A stretch of DNA of 64,000 nucleotides from Bacteroidales bacterium (GTDB lineage: Bacteria > Bacteroidota > Bacteroidia > Bacteroidales > VadinHA17), in assembly GCA_034679225.1 (NCBI GenBank), contig JAXDBC010000017.1, positions 9,565 through 73,564 on the forward strand, read 5' to 3'. This document shows, piece after piece, positions 17,496 through 26,152 of this stretch. The first letter of the stretch is position 1; every line of letters begins with the position of its first letter. Made by a program: the position numbers and the translations under genes. The notes beneath the pieces are model-generated. The model did not search any database. It saw nothing but the letters and a program-made list of their open reading frames with translations, and was not told the DNA's origin.

Positions 17496-18014
17496 TATTC
17501 TTTTGGCGTAAAAATAGCCTTGTAATATCCCCGCGAGAAATCCTTTGGAAGTATCGGGAATATTTCCCGACGAAAAGGAATACTTTCAGGATGAAATCTA
17601 AACATACCATCACTGCTGTCCTGATAAACATGTCGCTCCTGCGGAGCTTAACGACCAGAGGGGTGCCCTGCCTTCGGTTTCACCGGAGGTTATTGAAATC
17701 CTTCTCCTTCAGAGAAGCTACCGGCTGATGAATGCTCCTGCGGAGTATGTCAAGGCCAAGAAGTTTCATGAGGGAATATTATCTCCAACTTCCAAATTAT
17801 CAAATCTGGAAAATGGTTGGGCAAGAAAAAGATTTGCTGAAAGGGCGACATTAACCCGAAGTCAATTACTCACTGAGCCTTACCGGGAACCTGGTATCAT
17901 TATTTTGATATAACCAGGAGCCATGATAAGTACCCGATTCACTAATCCGGGTTCCCTTGCGACTACATTGCAGATTCAATTGTCGTCAGGTTGAAATAAG
18001 CAAGAAGGTGATTT

Positions 18015-18863
18015 TCAGTTTATGTTTGCATTGAAGGTATCGCCCTGATCAAAGTCGCCGGAGGTATAGCCTTTCCGGAACCACTCCTTACGCTGGGCAG
18101 CGGTACCGTGGGTGAAAGCATCAGGAACAACTCTTCCCTGGTATTTCTTCATCAGGACGTCATCTCCTACCGAAGCGGCAGCGTTCATTGCCTCTTCGAT
18201 GTCGCCCGCCTCAAGGGATTTGAACATCTTCTGGTCGTAGTGAGCCCACATCCCTGCCAGGAAATCGGCCTGCAGTTCAAGCCTGACAAGGAGTTTGTTT
18301 GCATTTACCTGGCTCATCCCTGATCTCCGGTTGTTTACATCGCCCAGTATTCCCAGGAGGTTCTGCACATGATGTCCGACCTCATGTGCAATCACGTATG
18401 CTATTGCAAAATCGCCGTTAACCCCGAGATTTGCACTCAGGTCGTCGAAAAATGCAAGGTCGACATATACCTTCTGATCGCCTGGGCAGTAGAACGGCCC
18501 GCTGGCAGCAGTTGCATATCCGCATGCCGACTGTACCTGCTCCCTGAAAAGGACTAACACGGGAGGTTTATAGGTCATGTTCGACTCCTGGAAAATTTTT
18601 CCCCAGACATCTTCCGTTCCGGCGAGAACCACGCTCACAAAGTTTACCATATCCTCCTCTTCGGGAGTTGAGGTAAATTCACCCGATCCTGTTGATACCG
18701 CGGGGGTGTTATCAATTATTGAGGACGGATCGCCGCCCATAAGAAGCACAATCAGCACAATAACAACAGTACCTATGCCTCCTCCCACCGCCATCCTGCC
18801 ACCGGTGCTCATTCCTCTGCGGTCTTCCACATTATCGCTTGTTCGTCTGCCTTCTGTTCTCAT
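18015..18863 (-). CDS. YpfJ-like neutral zinc metallopeptidase
   Basis: N-terminal MRTEGRRTSDNVEDRRG, a Gly-rich TM segment and HEVGHH zinc-binding motif. The length and layout are typical of the YpfJ family. Confidence 0.85.
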   Translation of the reverse strand: MRTEGRRTSDNVEDRRGMSTGGRMAVGGGIGTVVIVLIVLLMGGDPSSIIDNTPAVSTGSGEFTSTPEEEDMVNFVSVVLAGTEDVWGKIFQESNMTYKPPVLVLFREQVQSACGYATAASGPFYCPGDQKVYVDLAFFDDLSANLGVNGDFAIAYVIAHEVGHHVQNLLGILGDVNNRRSGMSQVNANKLLVRLELQADFLAGMWAHYDQKMFKSLEAGDIEEAMNAAASVGDDVLMKKYQGRVVPDAFTHGTAAQRKEWFRKGYTSGDFDQGDTFNANIN

Positions 18864-19000
18864 TTTTTATTCTTTGTTTGGATTACACCCGCGAACTCCG
18901 TCAAATCCCGTACCGGAAATCCGGAATGGAAAAGCGGAATGCCAATAATTGTTAAAAATATAAAAGTTTAGTGAATATCTGATTTATTTAACCTGCATAA

Positions 19001-19897
19001 TTACGGAACCCTCAGCAGTTTATTGGATTCCGGTTTCAGTGAGACTCCTGCCATTACCGGCCAGTGATCGGAAATGTAGATCCCGTGGTCCTTCCGGATG
19101 AAAGTTCTGTGGTCCAGTACTTTCATTCCGTTACGCACAAAGATATAATCGATCCTGCCCGACGATATGCTGTCTGAAAAGCCGTTGAAGGTGTAGGCCG
19201 GTCCGGTTGGTCTTTTTTCCGACACGGCATAAGTATCGGCAAGAATGGGCAGGCTTTCGAACGGACCCGTGAGTATCTCGTATCCCTTTGCCGAGATGCG
19301 CATGTTGAAATCGCCCGTTATCACGAAGGGGAAACCGGCAGTGATGCTGTCGACCTTATTAAGGAGCAGACCCGCGCTCATTATCCTTGCCGAGTCGGAG
19401 TCGTGAGCAAAATGAGTATTAAAGAAAAAGAAATGCTTTGAAGATATTTTCTCCGACAGTTCCACCCATGTTACTATCCTTGGAAGTCCGGCCCCCCAGG
19501 CCTGCGATCCTGCCACCGAAGGAGAATCAGACAGCCAGAAGGTCTTCGAACGTATCAGGTCGAACCTGTCCTTCCTGAAGAACACCGGGTTCATCTCCCC
19601 TTGTTTTACACCGTCGCTTCTTCCCACTCCCACCGAACTGTAATCGGTCAGAACGGAATCAATGTATTCATACTGATGATTCAGTACCTCCTGCATTCCG
19701 ATAAGGTCGGGCATTTCTTCCTCGAGGAAACTGCACAGGAATGCCGCGCGGTTTGGCCACGCGTTGATACTGTCGTGCGGGTTGTCGTACCTGATGTTGA
19801 AAGTCATGACCTTCAGGGTATCCGGATCCTGCTTTCTTTTACAGTTGGGAAGAAGAATGATAAGGAACATGGCTGAAAGAAAACACAATTTCTTCAT
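19001..19897 (-). CDS. Endonuclease/exonuclease/phosphatase (EEP) family lipoprotein
   Basis: Lipoprotein signal MKKLCFLSAMFLIILLPNC from Met34 (ATG 19897). EEP blocks LKVMTFNIRY, GMQEV and SDHWPV. Confidence 0.8.
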   Translation of the reverse strand: MKKLCFLSAMFLIILLPNCKRKQDPDTLKVMTFNIRYDNPHDSINAWPNRAAFLCSFLEEEMPDLIGMQEVLNHQYEYIDSVLTDYSSVGVGRSDGVKQGEMNPVFFRKDRFDLIRSKTFWLSDSPSVAGSQAWGAGLPRIVTWVELSEKISSKHFFFFNTHFAHDSDSARIMSAGLLLNKVDSITAGFPFVITGDFNMRISAKGYEILTGPFESLPILADTYAVSEKRPTGPAYTFNGFSDSISSGRIDYIFVRNGMKVLDHRTFIRKDHGIYISDHWPVMAGVSLKPESNKLLRVP

Positions 19898-20001
19898 AAT
19901 AGAAAGATAATTTGATGAGATACAGGCATCACTGACAAAAATAACACAAGCTGAAAACGATAAAGTGAATTTCCTTGTACAAAAGCAATATTGCAAATAT
20001 A

Positions 20002-20009
20002 CTATATTT
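20002..20009 (+). promoter_or_regulatory. Bacteroidota -7 promoter box TATATTTG
   Basis: Exact TAnnTTTG match 28 nt upstream of the mutL ATG 20037, which supports the internal start. Confidence 0.45.
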
Positions 20010-20036
20010 GCATCAGGTTCAAAACGAGGATGGAAA

Positions 20037-21833
20037 ATGCCCGATGTTATAAAGCTGTTACCCGATTCGGTTGCAAATCAGATAGCTGCAGGGGAAGTGA
20101 TCCAAAGGCCTTCATCGGTGGTGAAGGAATTGATGGAGAATGCGGTCGATGCCGGATCAGAGAAAATAGATGTCGTCATCAGGGATTCCGGAAGGACTCT
20201 CATCCAGGTGATAGATGACGGCACCGGCATGTCGGAGACTGATGCCCGGCTGGCATTTGAAAGGCATGCCACTTCAAAGATTACCACTGCAAACGATCTT
20301 TTCAAAATAAGCACCAAGGGTTTCCGCGGAGAAGCCCTTGCCTCCATCGCTGCCGTTGCCATGGTTGAACTCCGCACCAAAAGAGAAGAGGATGAATCAG
20401 GAACCCTGATTGAGATCATTGCTTCGAAAGTGGAGGTACAGGAGCCCTGCGGCTGCTCCACCGGTACGAATATTTCAGTGAAGAACCTGTTTTTCAACAT
20501 CCCTGCCAGGAGAAAATTCCTCAAATCGGACAATACCGAGATGAGGCATATAATCAATGAATTCCAGAAGATTGTCATAGCCCATCCCGAGATCAGGTTC
20601 ACCCTTATTCACAACGACAGCGAGGTTTACAACCTTCTCAGGGGAAGCACCCGGCAAAGGATAATCTCTGTCTTCGGCAGGCAGATAAACAACGACCTTA
20701 TCAAACTCGACACAAGCACCACCCTCATTGCCATCAGCGGCTTTATAGGAAAGCCTGAAAACGCAAGACGGTCATTCGGCGAGCAGTTCTTTTTCGTGAA
20801 CAACAGGTTCATGAAACATCCCTATTTCCACAAGGCAGTAATTGAAGCCTACCAGAACTTGCTGCCCCCTGAAGCCATACCTTCTTATTTTATATTCATG
20901 GAGGCTGATCCCGCGTCCATCGACATAAATATTCACCCCACCAAGACGGAGATCAAGTTCGAGGACGAAAGAGCTATATGGCAGATACTGATGGCTTCGG
21001 TCAGGGAAGCCCTGGGAAGGTTCAATATCGTGCCATCTCTCGATTTCAAAGGTGAAGGGCTTGTCGATATTCCTGTAATATCCTCATTCCGGGATATCCC
21101 CGAACCGCCACCAATCATTATCAATCCTGACTACGACCCCTTTGCCGGTGATGACAGGCTTTCAACGCAAAGCAGGCTCATCGAAAGGTTTGAAAGGGAA
21201 AATACCGAAGGCTGGGAGCGACTGTACGGAGGTCATGAAAGGGATAAGGAGGATAGCAGCAGGATAGTGGCTGACAGGAAGTTTTTCCAGATGAAGAACA
21301 AGTACATAATCTGTCCCGTTAAGTCGGGACTGATGATCATCGATCAGAAAAGAGCCCACGAAAGGGTACTTTTTGAACAGTTCCTGAAAAATCTGGAGAA
21401 CCGCCTCAGTCTCAGCCAGGCCCAGCTGTTCCCGGTTGAAGTCACCCTCGATCCTTCCGATATACTGATCCTCAGGGAAATAGAAGATGACCTGCGGCTG
21501 TTGGGATTTGCCTTTGAATTACGGGATGGAAATTCAATTTCAATAACCGGGAAACCTTCGGACTTTGGCGCCGACGATCCCGCGATGATGATTGAAATAC
21601 TTCTCGCGGAATTCAAGAGGACAAAGTCAGATCCTGCCGCGGGCATAAGGGAAAAAGTTGCAGCAGCTATGGCAGGCGCATCTGCAATTCCGTATGGCAA
21701 GCCCCTGATGAAAGATGAAATGGAGAAACTGTTCGACGCTCTCTTCCTGTGCAAGGCTCCCAACTATTCACCTACCGGGAAACCCGTGATCAACATCCTT
21801 ACCATGGACGAGATTGACAGGAGGCTGAAGTAA
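20037..21833 (+). CDS. mutL: DNA mismatch repair protein MutL
   Basis: GHKL N-terminus MPDVIKLLPDSVANQIAAGEVIQRPSSVVKELMENAVDAG, followed by a MutL transducer and a C-terminal dimerisation domain. Confidence 0.95.
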   Translation: MPDVIKLLPDSVANQIAAGEVIQRPSSVVKELMENAVDAGSEKIDVVIRDSGRTLIQVIDDGTGMSETDARLAFERHATSKITTANDLFKISTKGFRGEALASIAAVAMVELRTKREEDESGTLIEIIASKVEVQEPCGCSTGTNISVKNLFFNIPARRKFLKSDNTEMRHIINEFQKIVIAHPEIRFTLIHNDSEVYNLLRGSTRQRIISVFGRQINNDLIKLDTSTTLIAISGFIGKPENARRSFGEQFFFVNNRFMKHPYFHKAVIEAYQNLLPPEAIPSYFIFMEADPASIDINIHPTKTEIKFEDERAIWQILMASVREALGRFNIVPSLDFKGEGLVDIPVISSFRDIPEPPPIIINPDYDPFAGDDRLSTQSRLIERFERENTEGWERLYGGHERDKEDSSRIVADRKFFQMKNKYIICPVKSGLMIIDQKRAHERVLFEQFLKNLENRLSLSQAQLFPVEVTLDPSDILILREIEDDLRLLGFAFELRDGNSISITGKPSDFGADDPAMMIEILLAEFKRTKSDPAAGIREKVAAAMAGASAIPYGKPLMKDEMEKLFDALFLCKAPNYSPTGKPVINILTMDEIDRRLK

Positions 21834-21901
21834 ACCTTGCAATTTTTGTGAAGCTCCAGCTGATCCGGAAGTAAGCTCTTTGCCGGATAAATTGATAATA
21901 G

Positions 21902-21909
21902 TATCTTTG
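21902..21909 (+). promoter_or_regulatory. Bacteroidota -7 promoter box TATCTTTG
   Basis: Exact TAnnTTTG match. It favours ATG 21936 over the TTG at 21918 as the rhomboid start. Confidence 0.45.
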
Positions 21910-21935
21910 CCTAATTATTGAATAAAACCCATTTG

Positions 21936-22679
21936 ATGAACGGATACGGAAGAGGGTTCTCTGCATTGCCTCCGGTAGTAAAGAACCTCATTATTATAAA
22001 CATCCTTCTGCTTGTAATAACCTGGACCGCCCGAAGCGTTCTCGGCTATGATCTCACGGCCGTCCTGGGGCTTTACTTCCCCAAATCGGAGATGTTCAGG
22101 CCATTCCAGATTCTTACACACATGTTCATGCATGCCGGCATCTGGCATCTCTTTTTCAATATGTTCGCCCTTTACATGTTCGGCGGCATTCTTGAGACTG
22201 TGTGGGGGCCAAAGCGATTTTTCATTTACTACATGGTCTGCGGGCTTGGGGCTGCACTGGTTCATGAATCGGTTATAGCAATCCAGTACGCGAAGGTAAT
22301 GAAGGCTATCAGGCCCGATCAGCTTCAGCTTGTCCTGGCCGACGGCGCCATGATTCTGAGTGAAGGAAAACAGTATGCCGATGCCACCATGAAAAACCTC
22401 CAGATGATACTTAACATTCCGACGGTAGGTGCATCCGGGGCTGTTTTCGGTATTCTGCTTGCTTTCGGCGTCCTTTTCCCTAACACCCAGCTGCTGCTTT
22501 TATTCCCCCCTATTCCTATAAAGGCGAAATATTTTGTAATCGGCTACGGTGCCATCGAATTATGGCTGGCGGTAACACAGCCCGGAAGCAACATAGCACA
22601 TGCAGCCCATCTCGGAGGAATGCTCTTCGGCTATATACTGATCAGGTACTGGAGGAAAACTTCAAAAACACTTTACTGA
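21936..22679 (+). CDS. Rhomboid family intramembrane serine protease
   Basis: Multi-TM protein with catalytic GASGAVFG (Ser) and AHLGGMLFG (His). Confidence 0.85.
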   Translation: MNGYGRGFSALPPVVKNLIIINILLLVITWTARSVLGYDLTAVLGLYFPKSEMFRPFQILTHMFMHAGIWHLFFNMFALYMFGGILETVWGPKRFFIYYMVCGLGAALVHESVIAIQYAKVMKAIRPDQLQLVLADGAMILSEGKQYADATMKNLQMILNIPTVGASGAVFGILLAFGVLFPNTQLLLLFPPIPIKAKYFVIGYGAIELWLAVTQPGSNIAHAAHLGGMLFGYILIRYWRKTSKTLY

Positions 22680-22683
22680 GAAT

Positions 22684-23574
22684 ATGTCCCTGTGGCACAA
22701 CATAAAAAAGACATTCCGCGCCGCGAATAATCTTAACAGACTGATATACATCAATATCGCGGTTTTTCTTTTTTTGTCGGCCATATCGATCATTACTTAT
22801 CTCTTCGCCAACGAAGCGTTTTCAATGAAGGTGCTCAGGTTCTTCGCGGTTCCTGCATCGCTCAGTGCACTCGCCATGAAGCCATGGACACTGATAACAT
22901 ATATGTTCACGCACAAGGACATTCTGCATATACTTTTCAACATGCTCTGGCTTTACTGGTTCGGGAAGATCTTCCTTGAGTACCTCGACCAGCGGAAACT
23001 AGTAGTCGTGTACATCCTCGGAGGCATAGCCGGGGCAATAGTCTATATCCTGTCGTTCAACATCTTTCCCGTCTTTACCAGTCTTATTCCCGAGTCGGTT
23101 GCAATCGGAGCCTCGGCGTCGGTAATGGCTGTCGTGGTAGCTATCGCGGCTTATGTCCCGAATTATCCGGTTCACCTGTTGCTGATCGGACGGGTAAAGA
23201 TCCTCTGGATCGCGGTAGGTATCTTTGTTTTGACCTCATTCATGGATTTTTCCGTCAATTCGGGCGGAAAGCTTGCACATATGGGGGGTGCCCTGTTCGG
23301 CTACCTTTACATTGTAAACCTGAGGAAGGGTAAGGATCCGGGAAAGACCCTCAACAGGATCATAGATTCAATAGCCTCTCTTTTCAAAGCCCGGAAGGAA
23401 AAAATGAAGGTGAGCTATAGCAGGAAAAAGACCGATTATGATTACAACAAGATAAAAGCCGAGCGTCAGGCAAAGATAGACGGGATACTCGACAAGATAT
23501 CCAAGGGAGGTTACGACAGCCTTACGAAAGAGGAAAAGGATCTTCTCTTCTCGGAAAGTCAGAAGAAAAACTGA
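22684..23574 (+). CDS. Rhomboid family protein with basic C-terminal tail
   Basis: Multi-TM protein with GASASVMA and AHMGGALFG, plus a Lys-rich soluble tail. It lies 4 nt after the first rhomboid gene. Confidence 0.8.
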   Translation: MSLWHNIKKTFRAANNLNRLIYINIAVFLFLSAISIITYLFANEAFSMKVLRFFAVPASLSALAMKPWTLITYMFTHKDILHILFNMLWLYWFGKIFLEYLDQRKLVVVYILGGIAGAIVYILSFNIFPVFTSLIPESVAIGASASVMAVVVAIAAYVPNYPVHLLLIGRVKILWIAVGIFVLTSFMDFSVNSGGKLAHMGGALFGYLYIVNLRKGKDPGKTLNRIIDSIASLFKARKEKMKVSYSRKKTDYDYNKIKAERQAKIDGILDKISKGGYDSLTKEEKDLLFSESQKKN

Positions 23575-23685
23575 TCACTCAGCCGGGAATACTCATAAAT
23601 CAATAATCACTGTGATCAAAAATCATTATTTTTAAGTACCGTTTTTAAAGGAATTCAGGTACATTAGCAGGAAATCCCGGAGGTC

Positions 23686-24768
23686 TTGAAGAAAGCATTT
23701 TACAAAATACTTCTTGGTATCAATGCCCTTTTCGCGTTTGCCCTGGCATTGTCATATCTTTCAGTTCATATCGATCCCGATATTATCGCTTTCCCTGCAC
23801 TCTTCGGCCTTGCCTATCCCTATCTCCTGCTTATCAACATCCTGTTCTTCCTGGTATGGGTGATAAACCTTAAATGGGAGGCTCTGATTTCGTTGTTTGT
23901 CATCCTTGCCGGCTTTACTCATTTTTCAAATTACCTGAAAGTTCAGAAGCCTGAGGGCGACAAGACAGGAACCTTCCAGGTGCAGAGCTATAACGTTAGG
24001 CTTTTCAACTATTACGAAGGGAAAGGAAACAGCAATTCAGAAAAAAAGATACTTGAACTGCTCAGAAATCAGAAAGCAGATGTGATATGCCTTCAGGAGC
24101 TTTTTCTTTCAGGCGATCCGATGCTGAAGCAGCAGGAAATAAAGGCGGCCCTGGGGAAAGGATACAATTCCCACTTCAAGATAATCAGTACAGGGAGAAA
24201 CCGGTCGTACGGGATAGTAACCCTTAGCCGTTACCCTATTGTCGCGAGGAATGATATTGTTCACGAGAAGTCGTCGAGCCTTTCGATTTACACCGATATA
24301 ATTGCAGACGGTGATACCATAAGGATATTCAACAACCATCTCCAGTCGTTCAGGCTTCACAGCAGGGAAAGGACTTTTATCACTGAACTTTTTGAAGGGG
24401 CACAGGAACGTGACACTTTCAATGAGATCGTTAACTTATCATCGAGTCTGCGGGCAGGTTTTATTAAAAGGTCTTCCCAGGCCCAGGCTCTCCGGGAAAT
24501 AATCGGGAAATCTCCCTACCCTGTAATTGTTGCAGGCGATTTCAACGACACTCCCGTGTCATATTCATACCGTAAGATCAGAAAAGGACTTAATGATGCA
24601 TTTGTAAGTGCAGGATACGGGGCCGGATTCACCTACAAGGGCAATTACCCCCCGAACAGGATCGACTATATACTGTTTGACAATTCCTTTGAATGCCGGC
24701 ACTTCGACATTAAAAAAGTGAAGTACTCGGATCACTATCCGATTACGGCTTTTTTCAGGAAGAAATAG
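23686..24768 (+). CDS. EEP-family membrane protein
   Basis: Starts on TTG. N-terminal TM helices are followed by EEP blocks FQVQSYNVRLFN, CLQEL and YSDHYPI. Confidence 0.8.
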   Translation: MKKAFYKILLGINALFAFALALSYLSVHIDPDIIAFPALFGLAYPYLLLINILFFLVWVINLKWEALISLFVILAGFTHFSNYLKVQKPEGDKTGTFQVQSYNVRLFNYYEGKGNSNSEKKILELLRNQKADVICLQELFLSGDPMLKQQEIKAALGKGYNSHFKIISTGRNRSYGIVTLSRYPIVARNDIVHEKSSSLSIYTDIIADGDTIRIFNNHLQSFRLHSRERTFITELFEGAQERDTFNEIVNLSSSLRAGFIKRSSQAQALREIIGKSPYPVIVAGDFNDTPVSYSYRKIRKGLNDAFVSAGYGAGFTYKGNYPPNRIDYILFDNSFECRHFDIKKVKYSDHYPITAFFRKK

Positions 24769-24771
24769 ACT

Positions 24772-24819
24772 GGTTCGGGGTTCGGGGTTTGAGGTTAAGT
24801 GTTAAGGTCAATGTCAGCG
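24772..24819. repeat. Drifting heptamer tract GGTTCGG GGTTCGG GGTTTGA GGTTAAG TGTTAAG...
   Basis: Begins 3 nt after the stop at 24768. Successive 7-mers differ by 1-3 bases. The tract is G-rich on the sense strand of the upstream gene. Confidence 0.7.
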
Positions 24820-24829
24820 TTGGTTGTTT

Positions 24830-24980
24830 ACCCCCTTCCCAACCTTCCCCCAAGTGAAGGAGCAAGAAGATTCTGCTAATATTGGAAAGGAATATAAATT
24901 CTAATATTTGATAAACAAATTGAGCTGTAACTTCCATTTGAAGAAGCTTTTCCCCTTTGGGGGAAACGGGAAAGGGGGTG
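24830..24980. repeat. Imperfect inverted repeat arms flanking an AT-rich core
   Basis: ACCCCCTTCCCAACCTTCCCCCAAGTGAAGG (24830-24860) versus the reverse complement of TTCCCCTTTGGGGGAAACGGGAAAGGGGGTG (24949-24980). The arms are similar but not identical by eye. The core contains CTAATATT twice. Confidence 0.5.
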
Positions 24981-25045
24981 AATGAAAGTAAGAGGCTCAG
25001 TGTTAAGCGCTTAGCGAATTAGCGGCGTTTAGCCTTTAAAGCAGG

Positions 25046-25120
25046 GACCGCAAGACCGCAAGACCTGTGCCCTGTGCCCTGTGCCCCGCGCCCTGAGCCC
25101 TGAGCCCTGTGCCCTGTGCC
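25046..25120. repeat. Tandem repeat: GACCGCAA x2 then CCTGNGC-type heptamer x8
   Basis: Units CCTGTGC x3, CCCGCGC, CCTGAGC x2 and CCTGTGC x2 span 25064-25119. The tract ends 2 nt from the dehydratase stop codon. On the - strand it reads as GGG runs spaced by 3-4 nt. Confidence 0.9.
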
Positions 25121-25122
25121 AT

Positions 25123-26085
25123 TTACACCAGCAATCCCGTCAGATCAACATTTCCTCCCGAAATAATAAGTCCCACCTTTTTTCCCCTGAACAATTCCGG
25201 ATTTTCTCCCACCACTGCAAGCACGGTAGCCGACGAAGGCTCTATGATAATTTTCATTCTCTCCCATACCAGTTTCATCGAGTGTATTATTGACTCTTCG
25301 CTTACTGTAATGATATCATCGACATTTTTGCGGATTATTGAAAAAGTCAGCTCGCTCAATGAAGTTAGAAGTCCGTCGGCTATTGTTAAAGGATTAACAG
25401 AAGGAGTGAGTATTCCCGTGGTGAACGACTTCCATGCATCATTGGCATTCAGCGGTTCAGCTCCGAAAACTTTAATTTCCGGGTTGATCCCCTTCGTGCA
25501 TGTCGAAGTTCCGCTTATGAGTCCTCCGCCACCAACCGGTGCGATTACTGCATCCAGATCATTTATTTCTTCAAGGAGTTCAAGGGAAGCGGTTCCCTGG
25601 CCGCATATCACCATTAAATTATCGTAGGGATGTATGAGTATCGCCCCGGTTGATTCCATAATGGCTTTGCATGTTTCCTCACGTGCCTGTGATGTGGGTT
25701 TGCAGAAGGTTATTTCAGCCCCGTATCCTGCAACAGCGTCTTTCTTGACTGACGGGGCGTTTTCAGGCATCACGATATAGGCCTTTGTTCCGTTCATCCT
25801 TGCAGCAAGGGCCAGGGCGGCGGCATGGTTGCCCGATGAATGTGTCACGACACCCATTTTCCTGTTTTCCGGACCGAGAGAGAGGACTGCATTTGTAGCG
25901 CCTCTGAATTTGAATGCCCCGACTTTCTGAAAGTTTTCACATTTGAAAAAAAGTTCGCAGCCGAAAATATTATTTAGCAGGCCTGAAGTAAGAACAGGTG
26001 TCCGCTTGATAAACGGACTTATCCTAAGGTGAGCCGACTTAATATCTGTCAGTGTTGGGAGTGTCATTCCATGGGTTTTAACCAA
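25123..26085 (-). CDS. PLP-dependent serine/threonine dehydratase family (fold type II)
   Basis: PLP-lysine block FKCENFQKVGAFKFRGA, with SGNHAAALA and GGGGLISG loops. The start could be Met7 (26067). Confidence 0.85.
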   Translation of the reverse strand: MVKTHGMTLPTLTDIKSAHLRISPFIKRTPVLTSGLLNNIFGCELFFKCENFQKVGAFKFRGATNAVLSLGPENRKMGVVTHSSGNHAAALALAARMNGTKAYIVMPENAPSVKKDAVAGYGAEITFCKPTSQAREETCKAIMESTGAILIHPYDNLMVICGQGTASLELLEEINDLDAVIAPVGGGGLISGTSTCTKGINPEIKVFGAEPLNANDAWKSFTTGILTPSVNPLTIADGLLTSLSELTFSIIRKNVDDIITVSEESIIHSMKLVWERMKIIIEPSSATVLAVVGENPELFRGKKVGLIISGGNVDLTGLLV

Positions 26086-26091
26086 AATTAC

Positions 26092-26127
26092 AAAAAAATT
26101 CCCCTCTCCGGGCTTAGGAGAGGGGAA
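26092..26127 (-). terminator. Rho-independent terminator downstream of hppA
   Basis: Perfect 11-bp stem TTCCCCTCTCC/GGAGAGGGGAA (26099-26109 and 26117-26127). On the - strand it is followed by TTTTTTT (26092-26098). Confidence 0.7.
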
Positions 26128-26152
26128 TGAATATTCAATAAATTATGCCGTG

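Noticed and set aside
17446-17631. 61-aa - strand ORF
   Set aside because: It overlaps repeat element copy 2 and AT-rich spacer sequence. It has no motif and odd composition, so it is probably spurious.
17640-17760. Possible riboswitch (CCGGCUGAUGAAUGCUCC faintly resembles the fluoride-riboswitch CUGAUG core; CACCGGAGG is glycine-like)
   Set aside because: The other conserved segments of those families are absent. There is also no downstream gene on the + strand that it could control.
24830-24980. Considered an invertible promoter (Bacteroidales-type inverton)
   Set aside because: The arms are only approximately complementary by eye, whereas invertons need near-perfect inverted repeats. No TAnnTTTG box is in the core, no recombinase gene is nearby, and both flanking genes point inward, so a switchable promoter has no obvious target.
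25046-25120. Considered a CRISPR array or a telomere-like repeat
   Set aside because: The units are 7-8 nt with no spacers, which is far too short for CRISPR, and no cas genes are present. The tract is internal to a bacterial chromosome segment, so it is treated as a tandem repeat or G4 candidate instead.
26086-26152. Possible small gene or regulatory RNA between hppA and the dehydratase gene (the 89-aa ORF 26088..26357 overlaps the hppA 3' end)
   Set aside because: The spacer is fully explained by a canonical hairpin-plus-T7 terminator. The 89-aa ORF is an Arg-rich alternative frame of hppA.
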